Shown here in pieces: positions 24,872 to 33,173 of a stretch of 53,106 bases of DNA. The notes under the pieces were generated by a model that was not told the origin of the DNA, searched no databases, and was given only the letters and a program-made list of their open reading frames with translations. Within the stretch, counting starts at the first letter, position 1, and each line of letters starts with the position of its first letter. The stretch comes from Candidatus Dormiibacterota bacterium (lineage in GTDB: Bacteria; Chloroflexota; Dormibacteria; Aeolococcales; Aeolococcaceae): assembly GCA_036521675.1 (NCBI GenBank), contig DATDHG010000252.1, forward strand, positions 1 to 53,106, read 5' to 3'. Made by a program: the position numbers and the translations under genes.

Positions 24872-25825
24872 TCACTCCCTGTCCTTCGCGGCTGCCGGCG
24901 GCTCGTCGATGATACGGTTGGCGATGCGCCCGACGCCCTCGATCTCGACCTCGCACAGCTGGCCCGGCTGCAGCCAGGGTGAGGGGTTGCGGGCCAGGGC
25001 GACGCCCGGGGGCGTCCCGGTGAGGATCAGGTCGCCCGGCTCGAGCGTCATCGACTGCGAGCAGAAGCTCACGAGCTCGGCGACGCTGAACACCATCTCG
25101 GCGGTGGTTGAGTTCTGTCGAAGGTCGCCATCCACGCAGCACCGGATGGGCAGAGCCTGCGGGTCGGGCACCTCATCGGTGGCCACCAGTGCGGGCCCGA
25201 TGGGGCAGAACGAATCGAACGACTTGCCCTTCACCCACTGCCCGCCCTCACGCAGCTGCGCTGTCCGCGCGGAAACATCGTTGGCGACCATGTAGCCGGC
25301 CACGGCCCCCAGTGCGCTCTCCACCGGGATGTGGCGGGTGGCCCGTCCGATGACAACGGCGAGCTCGGCCTCATAGTCGAGATCGGTGACGCCGAGGGGG
25401 CGGATCACATCGTCCGCCGGCCCCCGCACACAGGTGGCGAACTTCGCGAACAGGACGGGCTGTTTGGGGATCTGCGCCCCGGTCTCGCGGGCGTGGTCCG
25501 CGTAGTTGAGGCCCACGCAGATGATCTTGCGGGGCCGCGGTAGCGGCGGCCCGAGGACCGCGAGGTCGAGGGGGGCTCCGTCACTCCTGCCCCGGCCCGC
25601 CGCGGCGTGCGCCGCCGCGCGCTGCAGCACCGGCAGGGCCTCGTCCCATGCGTCCAGGAGGGCGAGGATCCCGCCCGGATCGTTGACGTCGGCCGCGCCC
25701 TCGACGTCGACCGCCAGCTCCTCGCCCGCCGCCTCCAAGGCCGTGCGCAGCGGGAGCGCGCGCACGCCTACAACCAAGCCGGCGCGCAGCCCGCCCCGGC
25801 CATCAGAAAGCGTGCACAGTCGCAC
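24872..25825 (-). CDS. Fumarylacetoacetate hydrolase (FAH)-family protein
   Basis: KIICVGLNYADHARE, DYEAELAVVIG, KGKSFDSFCPIGP, GDLILTGTPPGV. GTG 25825 has GGAGGA 7 nt upstream. ORF 24872..26197 over-extends. Confidence 0.85.
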   Translation of the reverse strand: MRLCTLSDGRGGLRAGLVVGVRALPLRTALEAAGEELAVDVEGAADVNDPGGILALLDAWDEALPVLQRAAAHAAAGRGRSDGAPLDLAVLGPPLPRPRKIICVGLNYADHARETGAQIPKQPVLFAKFATCVRGPADDVIRPLGVTDLDYEAELAVVIGRATRHIPVESALGAVAGYMVANDVSARTAQLREGGQWVKGKSFDSFCPIGPALVATDEVPDPQALPIRCCVDGDLRQNSTTAEMVFSVAELVSFCSQSMTLEPGDLILTGTPPGVALARNPSPWLQPGQLCEVEIEGVGRIANRIIDEPPAAAKDRE

Positions 25826-25898
25826 TCGATGAGTCCTCCGCAGGAGCCGACCGACAGTTCCCGACCCCGGCAAAGAACAGTAAGCGTAGCCTGACCTG

Positions 25899-26867
25899 AT
25901 GCAGGTCGACGCGACCACCGAAGCCCTCTCCCCGGCGGGCGACGCCCTCATCACCGCGCGGGGACTGACCAAGCGGTTCGGCGACCGCGTTGCGGTCGAT
26001 GCCATCGACTTCGAGGTGGGGCGCGGAGAGGCCTTCGGCTTCCTCGGTCCCAACGGCGCCGGCAAGACCTCGACGATGCGCATGGTCGGGTGCGTGTCGC
26101 CGGTGACCGAGGGCACGTTGCGCGTGCTCGGCATGGACCCGGCGCGCGACGGGCCGCGGATCCGCGCTCGGCTCGGCGTCGTCCCCCAGGCGGACACCCT
26201 GGACCAGGAGCTCAGCGTGCGCGAGAACCTGCAGATCTACGCTCGCTACTTCGACATCCCGCGTCGTGACGCCCGACGCCGCGTCGACGAGCTGCTCGAG
26301 TTCGTCCAGTTGAGTGAACGCGGTGGCGACCAGGTCGAGTCGCTCTCGGGCGGCATGAAGCGCCGGCTCACCATCGCTCGTGGGCTCATCAACCAGCCCG
26401 ACCTGCTGCTCCTCGACGAGCCCACCACCGGTCTCGACCCGCAGGCGCGCCATCTGCTGTGGGACCGCCTCTACCGGCTCAAGCAGCAGGGCGTCACGCT
26501 GGTGCTCACCACCCACTACATGGACGAGGCCGAGCAGCTCTGCGACCGGCTCGTGGTGATGGACAGCGCGCGCATCGTCGCCGCGGGATCACCGCTGGAG
26601 CTGATCCGCCACTACTCCACGCGCGAGGTTCTCGAGCTCCGCTTCCCCGGGGCTGAGCTGGAGCCGGCCGGTCTCGACGGGCGCCTCGAGGGGCTGGCCG
26701 ATCGCGTCGAGGTGCTCCCCGACCGCGTGCTGCTGTACACCGCCGACGGCGAGGCGGCGGCGGCCGCGGTCCATCGGCGCGGGCTTGCGCCGTCGAGCCT
26801 GCTGGTGCGTCGCAGCACGCTCGAGGACGTGTTCCTGCGCCTCACCGGCCGCAGCCTCATCGAGTGA
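25899..26867 (+). CDS. ABC transporter ATP-binding protein (DrrA/ABC-2 exporter type)
   Basis: Walker A GPNGAGKTST, signature LSGGMKRRLTIARGL, Walker B LLLDEPTTGLD. Confidence 0.9.
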   Translation: MQVDATTEALSPAGDALITARGLTKRFGDRVAVDAIDFEVGRGEAFGFLGPNGAGKTSTMRMVGCVSPVTEGTLRVLGMDPARDGPRIRARLGVVPQADTLDQELSVRENLQIYARYFDIPRRDARRRVDELLEFVQLSERGGDQVESLSGGMKRRLTIARGLINQPDLLLLDEPTTGLDPQARHLLWDRLYRLKQQGVTLVLTTHYMDEAEQLCDRLVVMDSARIVAAGSPLELIRHYSTREVLELRFPGAELEPAGLDGRLEGLADRVEVLPDRVLLYTADGEAAAAAVHRRGLAPSSLLVRRSTLEDVFLRLTGRSLIE

Positions 26868-26874
26868 CCCGCCG

Positions 26875-27642
26875 ATGACCGGCTCCGCCCACGTCGTCGA
26901 ATACGACCTTCTCGTCTACCGCCACAGCTGGCGCGGGTCGATGCTGGTGTCCTTCATCTCGCCGGTCCTCTTCCTCGCCGCCATGGGGGTGGGTCTGGGG
27001 AGCCTGGTGAAGAGCGGCGTCGGGACGGTCGACGGGGTCTCGTACCTTAACTTCCTGGCCCCCGGACTGATGGCCGCAACCGCGATGCAGACGGCGTCCG
27101 TCGAGACCACCTTCCCGATCATGGCCAAGGTCTTCTGGATGCGGACGTATGAGGCCATGCTGGCGACGCCGCTGACGGTGCGCGACCTGCTCGTCGGCGA
27201 TGTCGCCTGGCTGCTCATGAGGCTCGTCATGGTGGCCGCTGTCTACTTCGTGGTGATGCTGCTCTTCGGGGTGGTCACCGCTCCGGGGGCCCTTCTGGCC
27301 ATTCCCGCCGCCGTGCTGACCGGGCTGGCGTTCGGCGCCCCGATCCTCGCCTATAGCGCCACGCAGAAGAACACTGTGGGGTTCGCGGCCATCGAGCGCT
27401 TCATCATCCTGCCGCTGTTCATGCTCAGCGGCACCTTTTTCCCCATCGACCAGCTGCCCCGCGTCCTGCAGGGGGTGGCCTGGCTGGCGCCGCTGGCCAA
27501 CGGAGTTGCCCTGACCCGCGGCGCGGTGCTCGGGACCTTGAGCAGCGAGGCCACCGCCGCTCACGTCGCGGTGCTGACGGTCTACGCGATCGCCGGCATC
27601 GTGGCCGCGCGGGTGACGCTGCGGCGCAGGCTCGTCACATGA
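26875..27642 (+). CDS. ABC-2 type exporter permease
   Basis: Six-TM ABC-2 membrane protein (…YRHSWRGSMLVSFISPVLFL…). ATG 26875 lies 8 nt after the ATPase stop. Confidence 0.8.
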   Translation: MTGSAHVVEYDLLVYRHSWRGSMLVSFISPVLFLAAMGVGLGSLVKSGVGTVDGVSYLNFLAPGLMAATAMQTASVETTFPIMAKVFWMRTYEAMLATPLTVRDLLVGDVAWLLMRLVMVAAVYFVVMLLFGVVTAPGALLAIPAAVLTGLAFGAPILAYSATQKNTVGFAAIERFIILPLFMLSGTFFPIDQLPRVLQGVAWLAPLANGVALTRGAVLGTLSSEATAAHVAVLTVYAIAGIVAARVTLRRRLVT

Positions 27643-28445
27643 CGGCGCAGGCCGTCCAGCCGCGCCTGCGCCTCCCGCTGACGGGCGGCCGTTCGCTGCG
27701 TCTGGTGGAACGCAACCTGGCCGTCTACCGACGTACGTGGCTGATCCTCTTCTCGGGCTTCTTCGAGCCGCTGCTCTACCTGGTCGGGATCGGCTTCGGG
27801 GTGGGGTCGCTGGTCGGGTCAGTGCACGGACAGTCGGGCGTGTCAGAGAGCTACAAGGTCTTCGTTGCGCCGGCGCTCATGGCGTCGTCGGCGACCAACG
27901 GCGCCATCTACGAGACCACCTTCAACCTGTTCTTCAAACTCAAGTTCGCCAAGCTCTACGACGCGGTGCTCGCGACTCCCATGAGCGTCGGTGACATCGC
28001 GCGTGGCGAGATCACCTGGGCGCTGCTGCGCGGCACCGTGTACGCGATCGGCTTCATCGTGGTGATGAGCGTCCTCGGCCTGGTGGTCTCACCATGGGGC
28101 GTGCTGGCGGTCCCGGCGGCGGTGCTCATCGGCTTCGCGTTCGCGGCGGCGGGATCACTGGCCACGACCTACGTGCGCCGCTGGCAGGATTTCAACATCG
28201 TGCAACTGGTGATTCTGCCGATGTTCCTCTTCAGCGGCACCTTCTACCCGTTGAGCGCGTACCCCTGGCCGCTGCAGGTCGTCATCGAGCTGACGCCGCT
28301 CTATCATGGCGTGCACCTGCTGCGCGGGTTGACCACCGGCGACGTGAGCTTCGCGCTCGCCGTCGACGTCGCCTACCTTGCGCTCATGGGCGTGGTGTGC
28401 CTGAGGCTCGCTGCGCGGCGGCTTGACATCCTGCTCCTGCGCTGA
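27639..28445 (+). CDS. ABC-2 type exporter permease, second paralogue
   Basis: Same topology (…VYRRTWLILFSGFFEPLLYL…). Its ATG overlaps the upstream TGA (ATGA). Confidence 0.8.
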   Translation: MTAQAVQPRLRLPLTGGRSLRLVERNLAVYRRTWLILFSGFFEPLLYLVGIGFGVGSLVGSVHGQSGVSESYKVFVAPALMASSATNGAIYETTFNLFFKLKFAKLYDAVLATPMSVGDIARGEITWALLRGTVYAIGFIVVMSVLGLVVSPWGVLAVPAAVLIGFAFAAAGSLATTYVRRWQDFNIVQLVILPMFLFSGTFYPLSAYPWPLQVVIELTPLYHGVHLLRGLTTGDVSFALAVDVAYLALMGVVCLRLAARRLDILLLR

Positions 28446-28453
28446 CCGCGCAG

Positions 28454-28490
28454 GGCGCCGCCGCGGGCCGTAGCGGCGCCGCCGCGGGCC
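28454..28490. repeat. Tandem direct repeat of 16 bp (GGCGCCGCCGCGGGCC) with a 5-bp spacer, between convergent genes; can also fold as a GC hairpin
   Basis: Copies at 28454-28469 and 28475-28490 are identical. GGCGCCGC in copy 1 is complementary to GCGGCGCC, which spans the spacer and copy 2. Confidence 0.7.
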
Positions 28491-29249
28491 CTAGACGACC
28501 AGCGGGATGATGCGCGGCGTGTGCGCCGCGTAGGCGGCGTACTCGGGGAAGTTGGCGCTCAGCAACCGCTCCTCAAAGCGTGCGCGGCTCAGCTGCAGGG
28601 CCACGAAGGCACCGAGGGCGAGCAGCGGCAGCACCCGCAGGTTGGTCAGCTGCAGGGCGAAGGCCGCGGTGATCTCGGCGAAGTACAGGGGATGGCGGAC
28701 CAGCCGGTAGGGACCGCCGGTGGTGAGGCGGCGCGCTTCCGGGATGACGCTCAACGAGCGGCGCAGGTAGGCGAGGCCCCACAGCGCAAACATCCAGGCG
28801 GCCGCGAGCAGCAGGCCGGAGGCTGTGCCGACCCAACCCGGGACGGTTAGGAGCGCAGGGCTGTCCGGAGTGAACACCGGCAGGAGCAACAGGATGAGCG
28901 TGCCCCCGAACGCGGCGACCCGGGCCATCACGCGGCCGTCGCTGGCTCTCGGGCGGGGCCGGGTCAGGTAGATCGCCGCCGGCAGGCAGCAGAACATCAG
29001 GTAGAGCGCCCGGGGCAGCACCGTCTCGGCGGCGTGGCCGGCGCCGGTGATCGGCAGGGCGGCCAGCAGGTGCTGCAGCTGCAGCCATCCCAGGAAGCCG
29101 AAGAGCGCGGTGGGCACGGCCCGACCGAAGGCCAGGTAGCGCAGCTCGGCAAGGTATTCGGGGTCGGCCAGCGAGCGCCGCGGACGCCGCCGGGGCGCCG
29201 CGCCTTCGGCGGGCAGGTCCCCGGTGATGGCCGGGGTGGTGACGGTCAT
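28491..29249 (-). CDS. Isoprenylcysteine carboxyl methyltransferase (ICMT)/phospholipid methyltransferase-family membrane protein
   Basis: Polytopic membrane protein with the C-terminal signature GPYRLVRHPLYFAEI...EERLL...FPEYAAY. Confidence 0.75.
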   Translation of the reverse strand: MTVTTPAITGDLPAEGAAPRRRPRRSLADPEYLAELRYLAFGRAVPTALFGFLGWLQLQHLLAALPITGAGHAAETVLPRALYLMFCCLPAAIYLTRPRPRASDGRVMARVAAFGGTLILLLLPVFTPDSPALLTVPGWVGTASGLLLAAAWMFALWGLAYLRRSLSVIPEARRLTTGGPYRLVRHPLYFAEITAAFALQLTNLRVLPLLALGAFVALQLSRARFEERLLSANFPEYAAYAAHTPRIIPLVV

Positions 29250-29252
29250 TCG

Positions 29253-29283
29253 CCGCCGAGGGTACGAATCCCGAGATCGGCGG
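29253..29283 (-). terminator. Hairpin between the LCP and ICMT-like genes (7-bp stem, 17-nt loop containing a nested GGG/CCC stem)
   Basis: CCGCCGA (29253-29259) pairs with TCGGCGG (29277-29283). No U-tract, so terminator function is uncertain. Confidence 0.25.
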
Positions 29284-29360
29284 CGGAGGCTCGTCGTCGC
29301 CTTGTGATGGCCATGCGGCGCTCGGTCACCTGGCCGATATGCCCTGCGGGCAAGGCTCGC

Positions 29361-30737
29361 TCAGGGGCTCGCCCCGGCCACGACGGAGGTGGTGAAGGCG
29401 TGCTCCTCGTCAGCGCCGAGCATGAGCGTGATCCCGGCCGGGGCCGGTCCCGCCGTCGCCGTGGCCGGGGGGGTGACCAGCCGGGCGCCAAAGTATCCGG
29501 ACAGCCAGTCCGCGGTGGCGGCGCCGGACCCCGAAGCCGCCGTCCGGAGCACCTCTGTGGCCGCCACGTTCGGCGCCGCCCCCGCGTCGCGGACGCTGAA
29601 GCCGAGCTGGCTGAGCAGCCCGGCCCAGCGCGCCGAGGCCCCGCCCCCGGCGCCGCTGGCGTCGACCACGGTAATGGTCTGGCGCTCGGCGAGCAGGGCC
29701 GGATCGATCGGGAGCTTGCTCATGAAGTGCTGGATCGACAGGTAGCTCGGGTCGCGTGTGTAGAGCCAGTAGGCGCTGCAGTTGACCGGGTACCCACATG
29801 CGTAGAGGAAGTTCTGGTCGTCGATGCTGACGTGCGTGACTGCGCTGGTGGGAACGTCCTTGATCAGCCCGTACAGGGACTCGGCGTCGCCCAGGGTGAG
29901 GTCGGTGACCACGTGCCCACCCAGGGCGTCGAGCACCGCGGGCAGCGCTGCGATCCCGCCCACCGAGACGACCTTCAGCTTGACCGCGTTGAGCACGAGC
30001 TGCTGGCGCCGGCTGCGCGCGAAATCGGTGCCCTCGCCGTTGTCGCCCTCTCGCGAACGCGAGAAGATCAGCGCCCGGGCCCCGCTCATGTGCTGGGGGC
30101 CCGCGGTGAAGTGCACGGTCTCGACCGCGCAGTCGCCGCTCCCCCCGTTGCACTCCCCACGCGGGTAGTGGCTGTCCGTGAAGCTCCTCGCGACGGTGAT
30201 GTCGACCCCGCCGACGGCGTCGACGGCGTACTGGAAGGCATGGAAGTCCATCGCCACGAAGTGGTCGATGTGGATGCCGAGCAGGCGATCGAGCGTGTCG
30301 CCGGCGAGGTGGGCGGGCCCGAACTCGCCCTTGTACTGCGCGCCGCGGTTGGGGTAGACCTCCTCGGCGGCATCGGCGTAGGCGGTGTTGATGCGGTCGT
30401 GCACGACGGTGCCGTTGCCCAGGTCGATGGGGACGTACCAGTCGCGGGGCACGCTCACCTCGGTGACCAGGGGCGCGTCATTGACGCGCGGATGGATCAT
30501 CACCAGCAGGATGGAGTCGGTGAGGTAGGCGCCGTCGTGGCCGGCGCCGCCGTACCCGTACAGGGCGAGCGTGACCGGCTTGCCGGCGCTCACCCTGTCG
30601 TCGATGCTCGATCCGGCGCCACCGCGGATGATGTCGTGGATGACGCTCAGCGGGCTCTGATGTGTGATCCGGCCAACTCTGGCAGCTACCAGCACCACAT
30701 AGCCTGCGGCGGCGGCGAGCACCACACCCAGGACCAC
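29361..30737 (-). CDS. LCP (LytR-CpsA-Psr) family glycopolymer-to-cell-wall ligase with C-terminal LytR_C-like domain
   Basis: TDSILLVMIHP, SVPRDWYV, INTAYA, DHFVAMDFHAFQYAVDAVGGVDI, ARALIFSRSR, DFARSRRQQLVL. The 5' end is uncertain (see the LCP start-codon finding, 30738-31022). Confidence 0.85.
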   Translation of the reverse strand: MVLGVVLAAAAGYVVLVAARVGRITHQSPLSVIHDIIRGGAGSSIDDRVSAGKPVTLALYGYGGAGHDGAYLTDSILLVMIHPRVNDAPLVTEVSVPRDWYVPIDLGNGTVVHDRINTAYADAAEEVYPNRGAQYKGEFGPAHLAGDTLDRLLGIHIDHFVAMDFHAFQYAVDAVGGVDITVARSFTDSHYPRGECNGGSGDCAVETVHFTAGPQHMSGARALIFSRSREGDNGEGTDFARSRRQQLVLNAVKLKVVSVGGIAALPAVLDALGGHVVTDLTLGDAESLYGLIKDVPTSAVTHVSIDDQNFLYACGYPVNCSAYWLYTRDPSYLSIQHFMSKLPIDPALLAERQTITVVDASGAGGGASARWAGLLSQLGFSVRDAGAAPNVAATEVLRTAASGSGAATADWLSGYFGARLVTPPATATAGPAPAGITLMLGADEEHAFTTSVVAGASP

Positions 30738-30981
30738 CGCCAGAGCGATGAGGCGCCGGGGGGTGACGAGCCGGCGACGAGCGCGACGGCTCGGTGGCCG
30801 GCTCCCCGGATCGAGGCCCGCGGGCTCGGGCGTCGCGGGGACGGGGGTGCTGTCCGACGGGGGAGGCAGGCTGACTTCTCGGCTCCTCGGTGGGCGGCTG
30901 ATCCCCTCGTTCCTCGCGCCGTCCCGCCCCGGGCCCGGCGCGGGGGCTGACCTTACCAGACCTCGTCGAGCCCTCTCTGGG

Positions 30982-31758
30982 TCAGCGCGGTCGGGCCGCG
31001 GCCGCCCCCTGCCGGTAGGCCATCACGACCACCAACGCGATAAGGGCCACGGTCAGGTAGAGGCCGTAGTGCCCGATGGTCTCGGCCACGTCGACGCCAC
31101 GCTGCCCGGCGAACCATCCCAGGCTGACCACCGCGCCGATGTAGATGAGATTGGCGACCACGTCGGCCGCCATGAACCGCCAGAAGGGCATGCGCGTCTC
31201 GCCGGCCGCGAGGAAGAGGAAGGGCGCGAAGGGCAGGAACGGGTTGATCAGGATGGTCCAGATGCCGTAGCGGGCGAAGGTGTTCTCCGCGCGGACGATG
31301 CGCCGCTCCATCCTGGGGCTCTGGCGCTTGTAGTAGTCGAGGAGCATGCGCCCATAGCGGCGGCCGGCCCAGTAGTAGAAGGGGTCCACCCACACCAGCG
31401 CCAGGAGCGGCGCCAGGACCGCCTCCCACAGGGGCACCGTTCCCACGCGCGCGAAGGCGCCCGCGGCGATCATGGACGAGACGCTGCCGCGCAGGGCTTC
31501 GAGCAGCACCGGATGGGTGCTGATCAGCCCCGGGGAGATGGGGGAGCCGAAGAGCGCCCACATCGAGGCCAGCAGGATCGGCCCGATGCAGAGCACGTCG
31601 ACGATGCCGACCTCGAGGTTGCCGAAGATGCTGTCCGGCCGCCGTCCGGGCCCCCGGTCCGCCACGGGGGCAGGAGCCGGTGGGCCGGGTTCGGGCGCCG
31701 CCGCTGTGACGGGCGTCTGCGGTCCGGGTGCCTCGGCGGCGCCGTCGATGGTGGTCAT
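30982..31758 (-). CDS. DedA/VTT-domain family membrane protein
   Basis: Pro-rich N-terminus, then a DedA-like core (…YYWAGRRYGRMLL…FARYGIWTILINPFLPFAPFLFLAAGETRMPFWRF…). Confidence 0.8.
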   Translation of the reverse strand: MTTIDGAAEAPGPQTPVTAAAPEPGPPAPAPVADRGPGRRPDSIFGNLEVGIVDVLCIGPILLASMWALFGSPISPGLISTHPVLLEALRGSVSSMIAAGAFARVGTVPLWEAVLAPLLALVWVDPFYYWAGRRYGRMLLDYYKRQSPRMERRIVRAENTFARYGIWTILINPFLPFAPFLFLAAGETRMPFWRFMAADVVANLIYIGAVVSLGWFAGQRGVDVAETIGHYGLYLTVALIALVVVMAYRQGAAAARPR

Positions 31759-31798
31759 CGGGGCCCGATGGTCCCATAGATCGGCGCGGCCGGCCGGG

Positions 31799-33112
31799 TC
31801 ACGGTCCCTGGGGCTCCGCCACCGCGTCTGCCGAGTCAGCGCCGGCCTCGCCGTCCGGCCTGGGTGGCGTCGTGGAGGGCGCCGCGATGAGCCGCACGGG
31901 GCGGTCGTAGAAGAAGTAGTCGCGGCCCCAGTTGAGCAGTGTCACCGCCCGGCTTCGGAAGCTGACGATCTGCGCGATGTGCACCCCCAGCCAGAGCGCC
32001 CATCCCGGGAAGCCGCTCAGCCGCAGGCCCCAGATCTGGGCCACGGCGGCGTTGCGACCGATGGTCGCCATGGTGCCCTTGTCGTGATAGCGGAAGGGCG
32101 CTGGCGCGTCGCCACTCAGTTCGGCGGCGATACGCCGCGCCACCCAGCGCCCCTGCTGAATGGCGACTGGGGCGAGCATCGGCAGGGGGGCGCCGTCCTC
32201 GATGCACTCGGCGAGGTCGCCGATGACGAAGACCTCCGGATGATCGGCCAGGCGCATCTCGGCGGTCACGGGGATGCGTCCGTGGCGGACGCGCCGGTCG
32301 GCGAGCAGCCCGCCGGCGGGTGCGCCGCGGACCCCTACCGTCCAGATCACCGTGGCCGCCTCCAGCAGCTCACCGCCGTGCAGCCGCAACCCATCGGCGA
32401 GGACGTCGTCGACCGCGGCCCCGAAGCGCAGTTCGACCCGCTTGCGGCGCAGGGTGTCGATGGCGGCCCGCTGCAGCGGCGCATCGAAGCTGAGCAGCAC
32501 GCTCTGCGCCGCCTCGAGGAGCACGATGCGCAGCTCGTCGAGGTCGAGGCGAGTGAAGTCGCGGCGCAGCACCAGCCGGACCAGCTCGCTGATGGCCCCG
32601 GCGGTCTCCACGCCGGTGGGGCCCGCCCCCACCACCGCGATGGTCAGCAGCCGGCGCCGCTCCGCCGCGTCGGTGGCCCACGTGGCGCGTTCGACCGTCG
32701 CCAGCAGGTGATTGCGCAGCGTCAGCGCGTCGCCGAGCGACTTGAGCATGAAGGCGTGGCGCTCCACGCCTGGTTTGCCGAGGCTCTCGTTGACGCTCCC
32801 GGCCGCAACGATCAGCCGGTCATAGGCGATGTCGCCTTGGTCGGTGCGCACCCGCCGGACGTCGAGGTCGATGTCGTCGACGCGGCCCAGCCGCACCTGG
32901 CAGTTGGCCTGGCGGCGCAGCAGGGCCCGCACCGGATGGGCGATCTCGCTGGGGTCGAGCAGCGCGGTGGCCACCTGGTAGAGCAGGGGCTGGAAGAGGT
33001 GGTAGTTGTGCTCGTCGACCAGGATGACCTCGACGGGCGCCGCGCGCAGGGCGCGCACCGCGCTCAGGCCGCCGAAGCCGGCCCCGACGACGAGGACGCG
33101 CAATGGGGTCAC
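31799..33112 (-). CDS. ndh: Type II NADH dehydrogenase (NDH-2) / FAD-dependent pyridine nucleotide-disulfide oxidoreductase
   Basis: VLVVGAGFGGLSA, NYHLFQPLLYQVAT, a second GxGxxG (VVGAGPTGVE), and C-terminal RYHDKGTMATIGRNAAVA. GTG 33112 has GGAGGG upstream. Confidence 0.9.
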   Translation of the reverse strand: MTPLRVLVVGAGFGGLSAVRALRAAPVEVILVDEHNYHLFQPLLYQVATALLDPSEIAHPVRALLRRQANCQVRLGRVDDIDLDVRRVRTDQGDIAYDRLIVAAGSVNESLGKPGVERHAFMLKSLGDALTLRNHLLATVERATWATDAAERRRLLTIAVVGAGPTGVETAGAISELVRLVLRRDFTRLDLDELRIVLLEAAQSVLLSFDAPLQRAAIDTLRRKRVELRFGAAVDDVLADGLRLHGGELLEAATVIWTVGVRGAPAGGLLADRRVRHGRIPVTAEMRLADHPEVFVIGDLAECIEDGAPLPMLAPVAIQQGRWVARRIAAELSGDAPAPFRYHDKGTMATIGRNAAVAQIWGLRLSGFPGWALWLGVHIAQIVSFRSRAVTLLNWGRDYFFYDRPVRLIAAPSTTPPRPDGEAGADSADAVAEPQGP

Positions 33113-33173
33113 ACCCGGCCCTCCACGCCGAGCATGGTGTCAGGGCGTCCCGGGCCCGCGCTGTAAAACCCTG

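Noticed and set aside
29253-29290. tRNA-like T-arm (GGGTACGAATCCC), possibly a tRNA gene or a tRNA-derived att site of an integrative element.
   Set aside because: The loop is TACGAAT rather than TTCGAAT. No acceptor, D or anticodon arms can be built. The upstream part is the N-terminal coding region of the ICMT-like gene. No integrase or direct-repeat partner is present in the window.
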